This document shows, piece after piece, positions 20,840 to 31,471 of a DNA stretch of 32,000 bases (its first letter is position 1; each line of letters opens with the position of its first letter). Below the pieces are notes generated by a model. That model searched no databases, was not told the origin of the DNA, and saw nothing but the letters and a program-made list of their open reading frames with translations. The DNA is from Cylindrospermopsis raciborskii Cr2010. GTDB taxonomy: Bacteria; Cyanobacteriota; Cyanobacteriia; Cyanobacteriales; Nostocaceae. The stretch lies in assembly GCF_003367075.2 (NCBI RefSeq), contig NZ_CP065936.1:1740001-1772000 (forward strand), given 5' to 3'. Both the position numbers and the translations under genes were made by a program.

Positions 20840-22681
20840 ATGAAACTAATCACAGCCAGTAAACAAGCATCCTTATGTTTAATTGTAACCTCAGTTCTGA
20901 TGACAACCGCTAATTTGGGTTTTACCGGTACTGCCCAAGTTGTTCCCCCCACAGGTTCTTCAGGTAATCAAATTACTCTCAATGGTAGTAAGTTGCCAGC
21001 ATCTTGGATGCAATTACGGGAAGGTGACCAAATAATCACATATTTGAGTGATGCGGCTTTGAGCCAATTTGTAGGGGTGGATTTACTAAACACTACCAAT
21101 CCGGAATTACAACCGGTTGATTGGTATTCTAACGTACCTGTGAAACCTCTGAAAGCCACAATTTTAGGGGGATATCGCTATTTAGAAATTTCCCCCCTGG
21201 CGGAAAAAAATAAGTGGCAAATTCAAACCAACGGTGCTAATTTGATGATTTCTACCCCCTCGGTAACAATCAATGATATCCGTCAGGGTAAGGGGTCTTG
21301 GGGAGACCGTTTGGTCATAGATATGGATTATGCTGCACCTTGGAAGGTAAGACCTGGTCAACCTATTAACTCAGGATCCATTGTTCCTAATTCAGCACCG
21401 GGCCAAGCCACTGTACAACCTAATCGGGAATGGATTGTTAGTATAGATGGTAAAGCAAATGACGCACTGGTCAAAAAGTATCTGGCTACATCTAGTCCAA
21501 ATCCCCTCATACGAAAAATTCAGATCACTAACCGGGTGAAAAATACACAGCAGACCAATATACATTTAACTTTACCCTTTGGTTCATCTCCCCGCGTTAC
21601 TACCCTTTCTAACCCTAACCGCTTGGTTATTGATGTGCGTCAGGATGCTTTGGTTCCTAGAGATATTACTTGGAGTAAAGGACTCCGTTGGCAACAAGGA
21701 TTTATTAATCTCGGCAAAGACAGCTTTCCTGTAGTTTGGTTGGAAATTAATCGGAAAACATCACGGTTAAATTTACAACCCATATTACCCAATCCTCAGA
21801 CACAAACAGGCACAGCACCACTAACATTAACTGCACAACGCTACTCAGCTATGGCGGCAATTAATGGTGGTTACTTTAATCGTAATAATCAGCTACCATT
21901 AGGTGCAGTACGCCAAAATGACCAGTGGATTTCAGGACCTATACTCAATCGAGGTGCGATCGCATGGAATGATCAAGGGGAGTTTTATTTTGGTAGGTTG
22001 AGTTTAAACGAAACACTAATTGTCAATCAGGATAATAAACAAACATCTCTCCCAGTTTTGTTTTTGAATAGTGGCTATGTACAAAATGGCATAGCTCGTT
22101 ATACATTTGCTTGGGGACCTAACTATGTACCACTAACCAACAATGAAACTATCATAACAGTTCAAAATGGTAAGATTACTAAACAGTCCCCACCAGGGGG
22201 GGCAATTTCTATACCTGGGGATGGCTATTTACTCATCTTGCGGGGAACTGCTGTGAGTAAAACTTCTCTGTTAAGTGTTGGCACAAAAGTAAATTTGGAA
22301 AGTTCCACCACACCGGGTGAGTTTAATACCTATCCCCACATTATTGGAGCAGGTCCGTTATTAATTCAAAATCAGCGAATTGTTGTTGATGCCAAAGCTG
22401 AAAAATTCAGTCAGGCTTTCATCAAGGAACGAGCGGTTCGTAGTGCTATATGCACCACTAACAATGACAATTTAATTCTTGCTGCAGTTAATAACCGTGT
22501 CGGTGGATGGGGACCAACATTAGAAGAACATGCCCAGCTCATGCAAAAAATAGGTTGTACAAATGCCCTTAATCTAGATGGGGGTAGTTCTACAAGCTTA
22601 TATCTAGGTGGACAATTGCTAGACCGGTTCCCCAACACTGCTGCTCGTGTTCATAATGGCATTGGTGTTTTCTTAAAATAA
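20840..22681 (+). CDS. Exported protein with AMIN-like N-terminal region and C-terminal phosphodiester glycosidase (NAGPA/DUF2233) domain
   Basis: Signal peptide-like N-terminus; MAAINGGYFNRNNQLPLGAV...; NLILAAVNNRVGGWGPTLEEHAQLMQKIGCTNALNLDGGSSTSLYLGG is NAGPA-typical. Confidence 0.85.
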   Translation: MKLITASKQASLCLIVTSVLMTTANLGFTGTAQVVPPTGSSGNQITLNGSKLPASWMQLREGDQIITYLSDAALSQFVGVDLLNTTNPELQPVDWYSNVPVKPLKATILGGYRYLEISPLAEKNKWQIQTNGANLMISTPSVTINDIRQGKGSWGDRLVIDMDYAAPWKVRPGQPINSGSIVPNSAPGQATVQPNREWIVSIDGKANDALVKKYLATSSPNPLIRKIQITNRVKNTQQTNIHLTLPFGSSPRVTTLSNPNRLVIDVRQDALVPRDITWSKGLRWQQGFINLGKDSFPVVWLEINRKTSRLNLQPILPNPQTQTGTAPLTLTAQRYSAMAAINGGYFNRNNQLPLGAVRQNDQWISGPILNRGAIAWNDQGEFYFGRLSLNETLIVNQDNKQTSLPVLFLNSGYVQNGIARYTFAWGPNYVPLTNNETIITVQNGKITKQSPPGGAISIPGDGYLLILRGTAVSKTSLLSVGTKVNLESSTTPGEFNTYPHIIGAGPLLIQNQRIVVDAKAEKFSQAFIKERAVRSAICTTNNDNLILAAVNNRVGGWGPTLEEHAQLMQKIGCTNALNLDGGSSTSLYLGGQLLDRFPNTAARVHNGIGVFLK

Positions 22682-22761
22682 ATGAATTATGAAGAGTTAA
22701 TGTGGAGCAGGGATTTTTTAGCTCCAGTAGACCATTAGGTTTTAATTTAGTATGGTGATGG

Positions 22762-22809
22762 GAGATTAATTTAGAGATTAGTTTGGAGATTAATTTGGAG
22801 ATTAGTATG
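22762..22809 (+). repeat. 4 x 12-bp tandem repeat, consensus GAGATTARTTTG
   Basis: Units gagattaattta / gagattagtttg / gagattaatttg / gagattagtatg, ending at the likely ATG of the cupin gene. Confidence 0.85.
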
Positions 22810-23226
22810 GCTCAATTGACAGAAAAACTTTCCCACAATGCACTTAGTCTCAGCACCACTGCTGACCATAAGGGAATCGTTGCTGGTGAATTACGTCCTT
22901 GGGGATCATTCACCGTTTTAGAGGAAGGAAGAGGCTATAAAATTAAACGTATTGAGGTTAAACCCGGACATCGTCTTAGTTTGCAAATGCACCACCACCG
23001 CAGTGAACACTGGATAGTCGTCTCTGGTACAGCTAAAGTTGTGTGTGGAGATCGGGAAATCCTCCTGAGTAATAATCAGTCCACATACGTGCCTCAATGT
23101 ACAGTGCACCGCTTAGAAAATCCCGGTGTCATTCCCTTAATTTTAATAGAAGTCCAAAATGGAGAATATTTGGGGGAAGATGATATTATTCGTTACCAAG
23201 ATGATTATGCTCGTGATCATCATTGA
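22807..23226 (+). CDS. Cupin-domain protein, mannose-6-phosphate isomerase type II C-terminal-like
   Basis: ELRPWGSFTVLEEGRGYKIKRIEVKPGHRLSLQMHHHRSEHWIVVSGTAKV; VPQCTVHRLENPG. ATG at 22807 is preferred over the TTG at 22783. Confidence 0.9.
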   Translation: MAQLTEKLSHNALSLSTTADHKGIVAGELRPWGSFTVLEEGRGYKIKRIEVKPGHRLSLQMHHHRSEHWIVVSGTAKVVCGDREILLSNNQSTYVPQCTVHRLENPGVIPLILIEVQNGEYLGEDDIIRYQDDYARDHH

Positions 23227-23281
23227 GAATGGTATGGATAAAGCCTTAACCACTTAAACCTTAATTAGCCACTTCCCTGCC

Positions 23282-23608
23282 ATGATTAGCTTGAGTTCAG
23301 CAGCTACCAATGAAATTGGACGCTTAAAATCCAAACATCAGCCCCATAGTTTATTCCGGGTGCGGGTGCAACCAGGTGGTTGCTCCGGGTGGTTATACCA
23401 TATCTCCTTTGACCAGTTAATTAACCCAGAAGATCAAGTGTTTGATATTGACAACCTGCAACTGGTCATGGATCAGGAAACCATAAAGTATATCAACGGT
23501 TTAACCATTGATTATTCTGAAGACCTTATGGGTGGGGGTTTTCGTTTCCACAATCCCCTGGCCACCTCCACCTGTAGCTGCGGTAATTCCTTTTCCATGA
23601 AATCTTAA
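23282..23608 (+). CDS. HesB/IscA family iron-sulfur carrier-like protein
   Basis: RVRVQPGGCSGWLYHISFD...GGGFRFHNPLATSTCSCGNSF; conserved C...CSC motif. Confidence 0.85.
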   Translation: MISLSSAATNEIGRLKSKHQPHSLFRVRVQPGGCSGWLYHISFDQLINPEDQVFDIDNLQLVMDQETIKYINGLTIDYSEDLMGGGFRFHNPLATSTCSCGNSFSMKS

Positions 23609-23633
23609 CTCACCGTTAATTACAAAAAAATAA

Positions 23634-23662
23634 TTGACGGAAAAACCAAAAAAAAGTTATAA
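23634..23662 (+). promoter_or_regulatory. Sigma70-type promoter for the rpsL operon: TTGACG - 17 bp - TATAAT
   Basis: Exact TATAAT at 23657-23662 and TTGACG at 23634-23639 with a 17-bp spacer, 48 bp upstream of rpsL. Confidence 0.78.
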
Positions 23663-23710
23663 TCAGGATTTGTTAAAATAAAAAATAGGCAGCTTAATGC
23701 GCTGTAACTC

Positions 23711-24094
23711 ATGCCAACAATACAGCAGCTAATACGTAGTGAGCGCGAACTAGCGCGTCAGAAAACCAAGTCCCCTGCTCTGAAGCAATGTCCTCAACGT
23801 CGAGGAGTGTGTACCAGGGTATATACAACCACCCCCAAAAAGCCCAACTCAGCTCTGCGGAAAGTGGCAAGGGTGAGACTGACCTCCGGATTTGAGGTGA
23901 CGGCTTATATTCCGGGAATTGGTCACAACTTGCAGGAACACTCGGTGGTGATGATTCGTGGTGGTCGGGTAAAAGATTTGCCTGGGGTCAGATACCACAT
24001 TATCCGTGGCACCCTAGATACAGCTGGAGTGAAAGACCGGAAGCAAGGACGTTCCAAATATGGAACTAAACGCCCGAAACAAACGAAAAAATAG
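23711..24094 (+). CDS. rpsL: 30S ribosomal protein S12
   Basis: [13 protein letters not shown]...[38 protein letters not shown]. Confidence 0.99.
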   Translation: MPTIQQLIRSERELARQKTKSPALKQCPQRRGVCTRVYTTTPKKPNSALRKVARVRLTSGFEVTAYIPGIGHNLQEHSVVMIRGGRVKDLPGVRYHIIRGTLDTAGVKDRKQGRSKYGTKRPKQTKK

Positions 24095-24249
24095 GTTTTA
24101 GGCGATTAATTGTCTTTAGGATTAATCGCCCTAACTAACACCCTGTGTTATGGAAGAAAGCCTTCTGTGTTTGATAGAGAGTGAAGATGTTCTGATAACA
24201 TATAATCTCGTAGTTTCGTTTACTAAAATTTCCAGTTTAAGGATAAAGT

Positions 24250-24720
24250 ATGTCTCGTCGTGGTGTTAGTCAAAAGCGGCCAGTTCCGCCAGACTCAGTG
24301 TACAATAGCCGCCTTGTCAGTATGATAATGCGGCGGGTAATGCGTCATGGCAAAAAGTCTCTGGCCGCTAGAATAGTTTATGATGCCTTCAAGACAATTG
24401 AAGATAGAACAGGTGGCAGCCCCCTAGAGGTATTTGAGAGGGCAGTGCGCAATGCTACCCCTCTAGTAGAAGTAAAAGCTAGAAGGGTAGGTGGTGCAAC
24501 CTATCAAGTACCAATGGAAGTCCGGGCGGACCGGGGAACAGCTTTAGCTCTAAGATGGTTGGTGCAGTTTTCTAGATCGCGCCCAGGTCGTACCATGGCT
24601 AGTAGACTGGCCAATGAGCTAATGGACGCATCTAACGAAACAGGAAGTGCCATTCGTAAGCGGGAAGAAACTCACCGCATGGCGGAAGCAAATAAAGCAT
24701 TTGCACACTACCGTTATTAA
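24250..24720 (+). CDS. rpsG: 30S ribosomal protein S7
   Basis: [47 protein letters not shown]. Confidence 0.99.
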   Translation: MSRRGVSQKRPVPPDSVYNSRLVSMIMRRVMRHGKKSLAARIVYDAFKTIEDRTGGSPLEVFERAVRNATPLVEVKARRVGGATYQVPMEVRADRGTALALRWLVQFSRSRPGRTMASRLANELMDASNETGSAIRKREETHRMAEANKAFAHYRY

Positions 24721-24863
24721 GTGAGATATGCACCGATATATCCTCAGTTTGCGAGGAGTACATCGCTAAATTTCTGCCTAAGACGGTTTTCCGTAAAAGT
24801 ATAGAATCTTAACAAAGAGTAATATACAAGATATCATGGCACTATAATTATTAGGAGGTAAAT

Positions 24864-26942
24864 GTGGCACGCACAAACCCGCTAGAGAAGGTACGCAATA
24901 TCGGTATTGCGGCGCACATAGATGCGGGCAAAACTACAACGACAGAGAGAATACTATTTTACTCTGGGATAATTCATAAAATTGGCGAAGTTCACGAAGG
25001 AACAGCCGTAACCGACTGGATGGAGCAGGAAAGGGAAAGGGGAATTACCATCACCGCTGCTGCTATTAGTACCAGTTGGAAAGATCATCAAATTAACATT
25101 ATTGACACTCCTGGTCACGTAGACTTCACCATAGAAGTGGAACGTTCCATGCGGGTGTTGGATGGGGTGATAGCCGTATTTTGTTCTGTGGGTGGAGTTC
25201 AACCCCAGTCCGAAACCGTATGGCGGCAAGCAGATCGCTATAAAGTGCCTCGTATAGCTTTCATTAACAAGATGGATCGCACAGGAGCGAATTTCTACAA
25301 AGTGCATGAGCAAATGTGCGATCGCCTGCGTGCTAATGCCATAGCCATCCAACTTCCCATAGGTAGCGAGAGCGAGTTCCAAGGTATTGTAGATTTGGTG
25401 CGGATGCGTGCATATATTTACACTAATGACCAAGGGACAGATATTCAGGAAACAGAAATTCCGGCTGAATTAGCAGAGCAAGCGGCAGAGTATCGAGTAA
25501 AGCTGATTGAAGCAGTAGCGGAAACAGAAGATGCTCTGATGGAGAAGTATTTTGCGGGTGAAGATCTCACCGAAGCGGAAATTCGTAGTGCCCTGAGAAA
25601 GGGAACAGTTGCTGGAACAATTGTACCAGTTCTTTGTGGTTCAGCCTTCAAAAACAAAGGCGTACAGTTGATGTTGGATGCAGTGGTAGATTACCTACCA
25701 GCTCCAATAGATGTACCAGCGATTCAAGGTACACTACCCAACGGGGATACAGTAGAGCGGAGAGCTGAGGATAGCCAACCTCTATCAGCTTTAGCCTTCA
25801 AAATTATGGCAGATCCCTATGGAAGACTTACCTTTGTTCGGGTTTACTCTGGCGTGCTGAAGAAAGGTAGTTACGTACTTAATGCTACCAAGGGTAAGAA
25901 AGAACGTATTTCTAGACTGGTGGTGCTAAAAGCGGATGAGCGTCAGGACGTAGAAGAACTGCGTGCTGGTGACCTAGGAGCAGCAGTAGGGTTAAAAGAC
26001 ACCTTGACAGGTGACACCCTATGTGATGAAGGATCCCCAGTAATTCTGGAGTCCCTATTTATTCCTGAGCCAGTGATTTCTGTTGCGGTAGAGCCTAAGA
26101 CCAAAAATGACATGGATAAGCTTTCCAAAGCTTTACAGGCTCTTTCAGAAGAGGATCCCACCTTCCGGGTTAGTGTAGACCCAGAAACCAATCAGACGGT
26201 AATTGCTGGTATGGGGGAACTGCACCTAGAAATTCTGGTAGACCGGATGTTACGGGAATTTAAGGTAGAGGCCAACGTGGGTGCACCCCAGGTAGCCTAC
26301 CGAGAAACCATCCGCAAAGCCGTCAACAGAATCGAGGGCAAATTTATTCGTCAAAGTGGCGGTAAAGGTCAATATGGTCACGTAGTCATTGACCTGGAAC
26401 CGGGTGAACCTGGGACTGGTTTTGAATTCGTCTCCAAAATAGTTGGTGGTGTGGTTCCCAAAGAATACATTGGACCATCGGAGCAGGGTATGAAAGAATG
26501 CTGCGAATCTGGTGTATTAGCTGGATATCCACTCATTGATGTGAAGGCTACCCTAATAGATGGTTCCTACCATGATGTAGACTCTTCAGAAATGGCCTTC
26601 AAAATTGCTGGGTCCATGGCTATGAAAGAAGCTGTGGCAAAAGCCTCACCTGTGCTGTTAGAACCCATGATGAAAGTTGAGGTAGAAGTACCTGAGAACT
26701 TCCTGGGTGATGTAATGGGGGATTTAAACTCCCGTCGCGGACAAATTGAGGGCATGGGTTCGGAGCAGGGACTGGCTAAGGTAACTGCTAAAGTACCCTT
26801 AGCGGAAATGTTTGGCTATGCTACGGATATCCGGTCTAAAACTCAAGGACGGGGTATTTTTTCCATGGAATTTAGCCATTACGATGAAGTACCTCGCAAT
26901 GTGGCTGAGGCAATTATCGCAAAAAGCAAAGGGAACGCATAA
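24864..26942 (+). CDS. fusA: Elongation factor G
   Basis: [55 protein letters not shown]. Confidence 0.99.
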   Translation: MARTNPLEKVRNIGIAAHIDAGKTTTTERILFYSGIIHKIGEVHEGTAVTDWMEQERERGITITAAAISTSWKDHQINIIDTPGHVDFTIEVERSMRVLDGVIAVFCSVGGVQPQSETVWRQADRYKVPRIAFINKMDRTGANFYKVHEQMCDRLRANAIAIQLPIGSESEFQGIVDLVRMRAYIYTNDQGTDIQETEIPAELAEQAAEYRVKLIEAVAETEDALMEKYFAGEDLTEAEIRSALRKGTVAGTIVPVLCGSAFKNKGVQLMLDAVVDYLPAPIDVPAIQGTLPNGDTVERRAEDSQPLSALAFKIMADPYGRLTFVRVYSGVLKKGSYVLNATKGKKERISRLVVLKADERQDVEELRAGDLGAAVGLKDTLTGDTLCDEGSPVILESLFIPEPVISVAVEPKTKNDMDKLSKALQALSEEDPTFRVSVDPETNQTVIAGMGELHLEILVDRMLREFKVEANVGAPQVAYRETIRKAVNRIEGKFIRQSGGKGQYGHVVIDLEPGEPGTGFEFVSKIVGGVVPKEYIGPSEQGMKECCESGVLAGYPLIDVKATLIDGSYHDVDSSEMAFKIAGSMAMKEAVAKASPVLLEPMMKVEVEVPENFLGDVMGDLNSRRGQIEGMGSEQGLAKVTAKVPLAEMFGYATDIRSKTQGRGIFSMEFSHYDEVPRNVAEAIIAKSKGNA

Positions 26943-26960
26943 TTAAAAAAGGAGATATAC

Positions 26961-28190
26961 ATGGCACGCGCAAAATTTGAAAGGAACAAACCTCACGTTA
27001 ATATTGGTACTGTTGGCCACGTTGACCACGGTAAAACAACTTTAACAGCAGCTATTACCATGACCTTGGCTGCTTTGGGTCAAGCAGTGGCTAAAGGCTA
27101 TGACCAAATTGATAATGCGCCCGAAGAAAAAGCTCGGGGTATTACCATCAATACTGCCCACGTTGAGTATGAAACAGAAAAACGTCACTACGCCCACGTA
27201 GATTGTCCGGGACACGCTGACTATGTGAAGAATATGATCACTGGTGCTGCACAAATGGATGGGGGTATTTTAGTAGTAGCTGCTACTGATGGACCCATGC
27301 CTCAAACCCGTGAACACATTCTTCTTGCAAAACAGGTGGGTGTTCCTAGCTTGGTTGTCTTCTTAAACAAAGAAGATATGATGGATGACCCCGAATTGTT
27401 GGAACTGGTAGAACTGGAACTGCGGGAATTATTGACCAGTTATGAATTTGATGGCGATAATATCCCCATTATCAAGGGTTCTGGTTTGCAAGCTCTGCAA
27501 GCAATGACTGCTAATCCTAAGACTCAACGAGGCGAAAATCCTTGGGTAGATAAAATCTACGAACTGATGGATGCTGTAGATTCCTATATCCCCACCCCTG
27601 AGCGCGATATAGACAAACCCTTCTTGATGGCAGTAGAGGATGTGTTCTCTATTACTGGTCGTGGTACGGTCGCTACTGGTCGGATTGAACGTGGTAAGGT
27701 GAAGGTTGGTGATAACGTTGAATTAGTAGGTATTAGAGATACTCGCGCTACCACGGTGACCGGGATTGAAATGTTCAAGAAGAGTCTTGACGAAGGTATG
27801 GCTGGTGACAATGCGGGTGTGCTACTACGCGGTATTCAAAAAGCCGACATTGAACGGGGTATGGTAATTGCTAAACCCCAATCTATTACCCCCCACACCC
27901 AATTTGAAGGTGCGGTTTATGTTCTTACCGAAAAGGAAGGTGGTCGGAAAACCCCCTTCTTCGCTGGTTATCGTCCCCAGTTTTATGTACGTACAACCGA
28001 CGTAACGGGTACTATTAAAGCCTTTACTTCTGATGAGGGCACTGATGTAGAAATGGTAATGCCTGGAGACCGGATTAAAGTGACTGTGGAACTGATTAAC
28101 CCTGTGGCCATTGAAGAGGGTATGCGTTTTGCTATTCGTGAGGGTGGTCGGACTATCGGTGCGGGTGTGGTGTCAAAAATTGTAAAATAG
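26961..28190 (+). CDS. tuf: Elongation factor Tu
   Basis: [66 protein letters not shown]. Confidence 0.99.
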   Translation: MARAKFERNKPHVNIGTVGHVDHGKTTLTAAITMTLAALGQAVAKGYDQIDNAPEEKARGITINTAHVEYETEKRHYAHVDCPGHADYVKNMITGAAQMDGGILVVAATDGPMPQTREHILLAKQVGVPSLVVFLNKEDMMDDPELLELVELELRELLTSYEFDGDNIPIIKGSGLQALQAMTANPKTQRGENPWVDKIYELMDAVDSYIPTPERDIDKPFLMAVEDVFSITGRGTVATGRIERGKVKVGDNVELVGIRDTRATTVTGIEMFKKSLDEGMAGDNAGVLLRGIQKADIERGMVIAKPQSITPHTQFEGAVYVLTEKEGGRKTPFFAGYRPQFYVRTTDVTGTIKAFTSDEGTDVEMVMPGDRIKVTVELINPVAIEEGMRFAIREGGRTIGAGVVSKIVK

Positions 28191-28218
28191 AACTCGCCTT
28201 TTTGCTCTGAAGAAAATG

Positions 28219-28255
28219 GAGCGGAGATGGTTAAAATTCATCTCTGCTCTTTTTT
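28219..28255 (+). terminator. Rho-independent terminator-like hairpin between tuf and rpsJ
   Basis: GAGCGGAGATG ... CATCTCTGCTC 11-bp stem with one G-U pair, followed by TTTTTT. Confidence 0.8.
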
Positions 28256-28304
28256 CTTCCCTCAATCTCTAAATTTAAAATTCACAGAACCAGGAAAACT
28301 AAAG

Positions 28305-28622
28305 ATGGCAACTTTACAGCAGCAAAAGATCAGAATCCGCTTACAAGCTTTTGACCGACGTTTATTAGATACATCTTGCGAGAAGATTGTAGATACGGCC
28401 AACCGGACTAACGCTACAGCTATTGGACCTATTCCTTTACCCACAAAACGCAAAATATATTGCGTGCTGCGTTCTCCTCACGTAGACAAGGATTCCCGTG
28501 AACACTTTGAAACCCGTACCCATCGTCGCATTATTGATATTCATCAACCATCTTCTAAAACTATTGATGCCCTGATGAAGTTGGATTTACCATCCGGTGT
28601 GGATATTGAAGTTAAACTATAG
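28305..28622 (+). CDS. rpsJ: 30S ribosomal protein S10
   Basis: [47 protein letters not shown]. The 28227 start in the ORF track lies inside the terminator hairpin, so 28305 is preferred. Confidence 0.98.
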   Translation: MATLQQQKIRIRLQAFDRRLLDTSCEKIVDTANRTNATAIGPIPLPTKRKIYCVLRSPHVDKDSREHFETRTHRRIIDIHQPSSKTIDALMKLDLPSGVDIEVKL

Positions 28623-28637
28623 CCAAAACGCTAAATA

Positions 28638-28685
28638 GTGGAAAAAAGGGGTTGGTAGCTTCCCCTCTTTTCCACTTTTATTTTT
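28638..28685 (+). terminator. Rho-independent terminator of rpsJ (T-tract interrupted by the IS element)
   Basis: GTGGAAAAAAGGGG - loop - CCCCTCTTTTCCAC, 13/14 paired, followed by TTTTATTTTT. The IS starts at 28686. Confidence 0.85.
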
Positions 28686-29441
28686 GGCGTTGCATATTTG
28701 CGGGATGAATCAACTAAACGCGGGTATTACTTCATACTTTAAATAGTGAAGTAATAATTTAATTGAATACCTAAGCATATCTACAGATTTTGAATAGCAT
28801 AGCGTTTTTCTATGTAGTCGCGCTAAGTAGTGACGTAAACGTGTATTTTCACCCTCTACCCTAGTCATATATGTTTTGCTCACAATATGATCCTCTGGCT
28901 GAATAAAACTCGGATAAACCCTCCACCCATCAGTAACATAAAAAAAGCATTGCCAGAGTTTAACGATGTCCCACAAAGGTTGAAATGCTTGTGAGCTGTG
29001 GTCTCCCACAACCCAAGCCAGGATATTTTTACGGAAGTGATTTACTGCTGTCCACAACCATATTTTGTTTTTTTTTGATCCCACAAAGGTCTCCAACTCA
29101 TCAAGCTCACCTACCAAGGGTGTTTCCTCAACTGGTGGAGCATCTGGAAGTATGGAACCAATTTGTTTTAGCCAGTAAATAATAGTTGTATGATGAACGC
29201 CTTTATCGCGTTCAATTGCTCTAAATCCCATACCGTTAACATAAGAGCGCAGGCAACTTTGTTTAACTTCTTCTGAATAGCCTTTAGGTGGACTATAGAC
29301 ATCGATAAATTGACGACCACAATCAACACAAATGTGATTTTGTTTACCTCGACGTTTGCCATTCTTTCTGATTTTGGAAGACCCGCAGTTTGGACAATGC
29401 ACAGTAGATTACCTCAATTCATACCTCTATTATGCAACGCC
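28686..29441 (-). mobile_element. Complete IS1-family insertion sequence, 756 bp
   Basis: Terminal inverted repeats GGCGTTGCATATTTGCGGGATGAAT / GGCGTTGCATAATAGAGGTATGAAT (21/25). Perfect 8-bp TSD TTATTTTT at 28678-28685 and 29442-29449. Single transposase ORF fills the element. Confidence 0.93.
28710..29402 (-). CDS. IS1-family transposase (single-ORF form)
   Basis: N-terminal zinc ribbon MHCPNCGSSKIRKNGKRRGKQNHICVDCGRQF, VGELDELETFVGSKKNKIWLWTAVNH, FFYVTDGWRVYPSFIQ. Confidence 0.93.
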   Translation of the reverse strand: MHCPNCGSSKIRKNGKRRGKQNHICVDCGRQFIDVYSPPKGYSEEVKQSCLRSYVNGMGFRAIERDKGVHHTTIIYWLKQIGSILPDAPPVEETPLVGELDELETFVGSKKNKIWLWTAVNHFRKNILAWVVGDHSSQAFQPLWDIVKLWQCFFYVTDGWRVYPSFIQPEDHIVSKTYMTRVEGENTRLRHYLARLHRKTLCYSKSVDMLRYSIKLLLHYLKYEVIPAFS

Positions 29442-29575
29442 TTATTTTTCCTGTTTCTGATAGAATATTTTCAAATAATCTCAAGTACAAACTTTCACTC
29501 AGACTTGGGTGTAAAATATCAGTAACATACATAGCCTTTATAGTCTTAACAATATACTTTATCCCCTAACCCAAA

Positions 29576-30226
29576 ATGACATCTTCTCCCAAAATTGCCG
29601 TCCGCGAACTACCCCTTTTCCCCCTACCAGAAGTGGTGCTTTTCCCCACTAGACCTTTACCCCTGCATGTGTTCGAGTTCCGCTACCGAATTATGATGAA
29701 TACTATTTTAGAGAGCGATCGCCGGTTTGGGGTGTTAATGGTAAATCCAATTAATGGTGCTATAGCCAATGTTGGGTGTTGTGCAGAAATAATTCATTAT
29801 CAGCGATTGGAAGATGGCAGAATGGAAATCTTAACTTTAGGACAACAAAGATTTCGAGTGCTTGAATATGTGAGAGAAAAACCCTATCGTGTAGGTTTAG
29901 TGGAATGGATGGAAGAAAATCCACCAGCTTTAGATTTAAGACCTCTAGCTAGGGAAGTAGAGCAGCTGTTGCGGGATGTAGTTCGTCTCTCTTCCAAATT
30001 GACGGACAGAGATATTGAATTGCCAGAAGATTTGCCAGATTTACCACGGGAGCTATCTTATTGGATAGCCAGTAACCTGTACGGTGTAGCCGATGAACAA
30101 CAGGCACTGTTGGAATTACAGGATACCCAAGCCCGATTAAACAGGGAGTCGGAAATCTTGACATCTACTCGTAATCATCTAGCCGCACGTTCAGTCTTAA
30201 AAGATACCTTTGATGATATAAAGTAG
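29576..30226 (+). CDS. LON peptidase substrate-binding (N-terminal) domain protein
   Basis: VRELPLFPLPEVVLFPTRPLPLHVFEFRYRIMMNTILESDRRFGVLMV; no ATPase or protease domain follows. Confidence 0.92.
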   Translation: MTSSPKIAVRELPLFPLPEVVLFPTRPLPLHVFEFRYRIMMNTILESDRRFGVLMVNPINGAIANVGCCAEIIHYQRLEDGRMEILTLGQQRFRVLEYVREKPYRVGLVEWMEENPPALDLRPLAREVEQLLRDVVRLSSKLTDRDIELPEDLPDLPRELSYWIASNLYGVADEQQALLELQDTQARLNRESEILTSTRNHLAARSVLKDTFDDIK

Positions 30227-30480
30227 TATGTGAACTTGAAATTAAGATGAACGGGTGACGGTGGCAAAATCTGGTTCTCTCTATGAAGTGGGCAATTTTT
30301 TGCATGTACCGTGGGAGGGATTTTTAAGCCATTTTAGGGACTAAAAAGCCAAAACATATTATTTATGACCAAAAACCTCAATATATCAAAACTTTAATCG
30401 TTCTAACTCCAATTATTTAGGGTATAACATGAGAATATGTTTATCAAAAACTTTGGTTTTTGCCTTGGACACCTATTTTT

Positions 30481-30747
30481 ATGGACATTCAGTTAATCAA
30501 CATTGGTTTTGGCAACATAGTTTCTGCTAATCGGGTAATTGCCATTGTTAGTCCCGAATCAGCACCTATTAAGCGAATTATTGGCGATGCCAAAGATAGA
30601 GGACAATTAGTTGACGCCACCTATGGTCGTCGCACTAGGGCGGTAATTATCACTGATTCTAGCCATGTTATTCTCTCAGCAATTCAGCCAGAAACAGTGG
30701 CCAATCGTTTTGTTCTTTCCCGTGACCATCACACAGCTGACAATTGA
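30481..30747 (+). CDS. RemA-like regulatory protein (DUF370)
   Basis: [73 protein letters not shown]; typical position immediately upstream of gmk. Confidence 0.93.
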   Translation: MDIQLINIGFGNIVSANRVIAIVSPESAPIKRIIGDAKDRGQLVDATYGRRTRAVIITDSSHVILSAIQPETVANRFVLSRDHHTADN

Positions 30748-30768
30748 TAATAAGTCCCAAATTAGACA

Positions 30769-31374
30769 ATGCAATTTTTACCTCTTATTTCCAGTGCTAC
30801 TACCCGCCCCGGTAAGCTAATTGTTTTAACAGGTCCTAGTGGAGTTGGTAAGGGAACTTTAATACAAAAACTTTTGGCACAACATCCCCAATTGTATTAT
30901 TCAGTTTCTGCTACTACTCGCTCTCCTCGTCTGGGAGAAATTGATGGCAAAAGTTATTACTTTATCACCCCCAACAGCTTTCAAGAGTTAGTTGCTCAGG
31001 GGGAATTTTTGGAGTGGGCGGAATTTGCTGGTAATTATTATGGAACTCCTCGTGCTGCTGTTCTCCAGCAAATTCAGTTGGGAAGATCGGTGATTTTAGA
31101 AATTGAATTGGCCGGGGCCAGACAAATCAAAGCTTCTTACCCTGACGCCTTAAGCATTTTTATTTTGCCTCCTTCATTTCTAGAATTAGAAAACCGCATC
31201 CGAGCAAGAGGACAAGATTCGGATGAAGCCATCACTCGTCGTCTTAACCGAGCTAAGGAAGAAATTAAAGCCGCTTCAGAATTTGATATTCAAATTGTCA
31301 ATGATGACTTCGCTACAACCTTAAATGAACTGGAAACTATTTTAAAAACTATTTCAAGTTTTTCACAGCTTTGA
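30769..31374 (+). CDS. gmk: Guanylate kinase
   Basis: [49 protein letters not shown]. Confidence 0.98.
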   Translation: MQFLPLISSATTRPGKLIVLTGPSGVGKGTLIQKLLAQHPQLYYSVSATTRSPRLGEIDGKSYYFITPNSFQELVAQGEFLEWAEFAGNYYGTPRAAVLQQIQLGRSVILEIELAGARQIKASYPDALSIFILPPSFLELENRIRARGQDSDEAITRRLNRAKEEIKAASEFDIQIVNDDFATTLNELETILKTISSFSQL

Positions 31375-31471
31375 GACTTAGATCTTCATCTTTTCCTTCC
31401 ACCTACCCAGATTGTTAAGGTCTGAGTAGGTTTGGGTGGACATTAATAAGCGGGCGCAGAAATTATGGAAA

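Noticed and set aside
24954-25433. Antisense ORFs inside fusA, tuf, gltB, GT genes and others in the ORF track
   Set aside because: They overlap confidently identified genes, have low-complexity or codon-mirror sequence, and match no family; treated as spurious.
28227-28304. N-terminal extension of rpsJ ([26 protein letters not shown])
   Set aside because: It starts inside the terminator hairpin and is absent from typical S10 proteins, which begin at MATLQQQ-like sequence.
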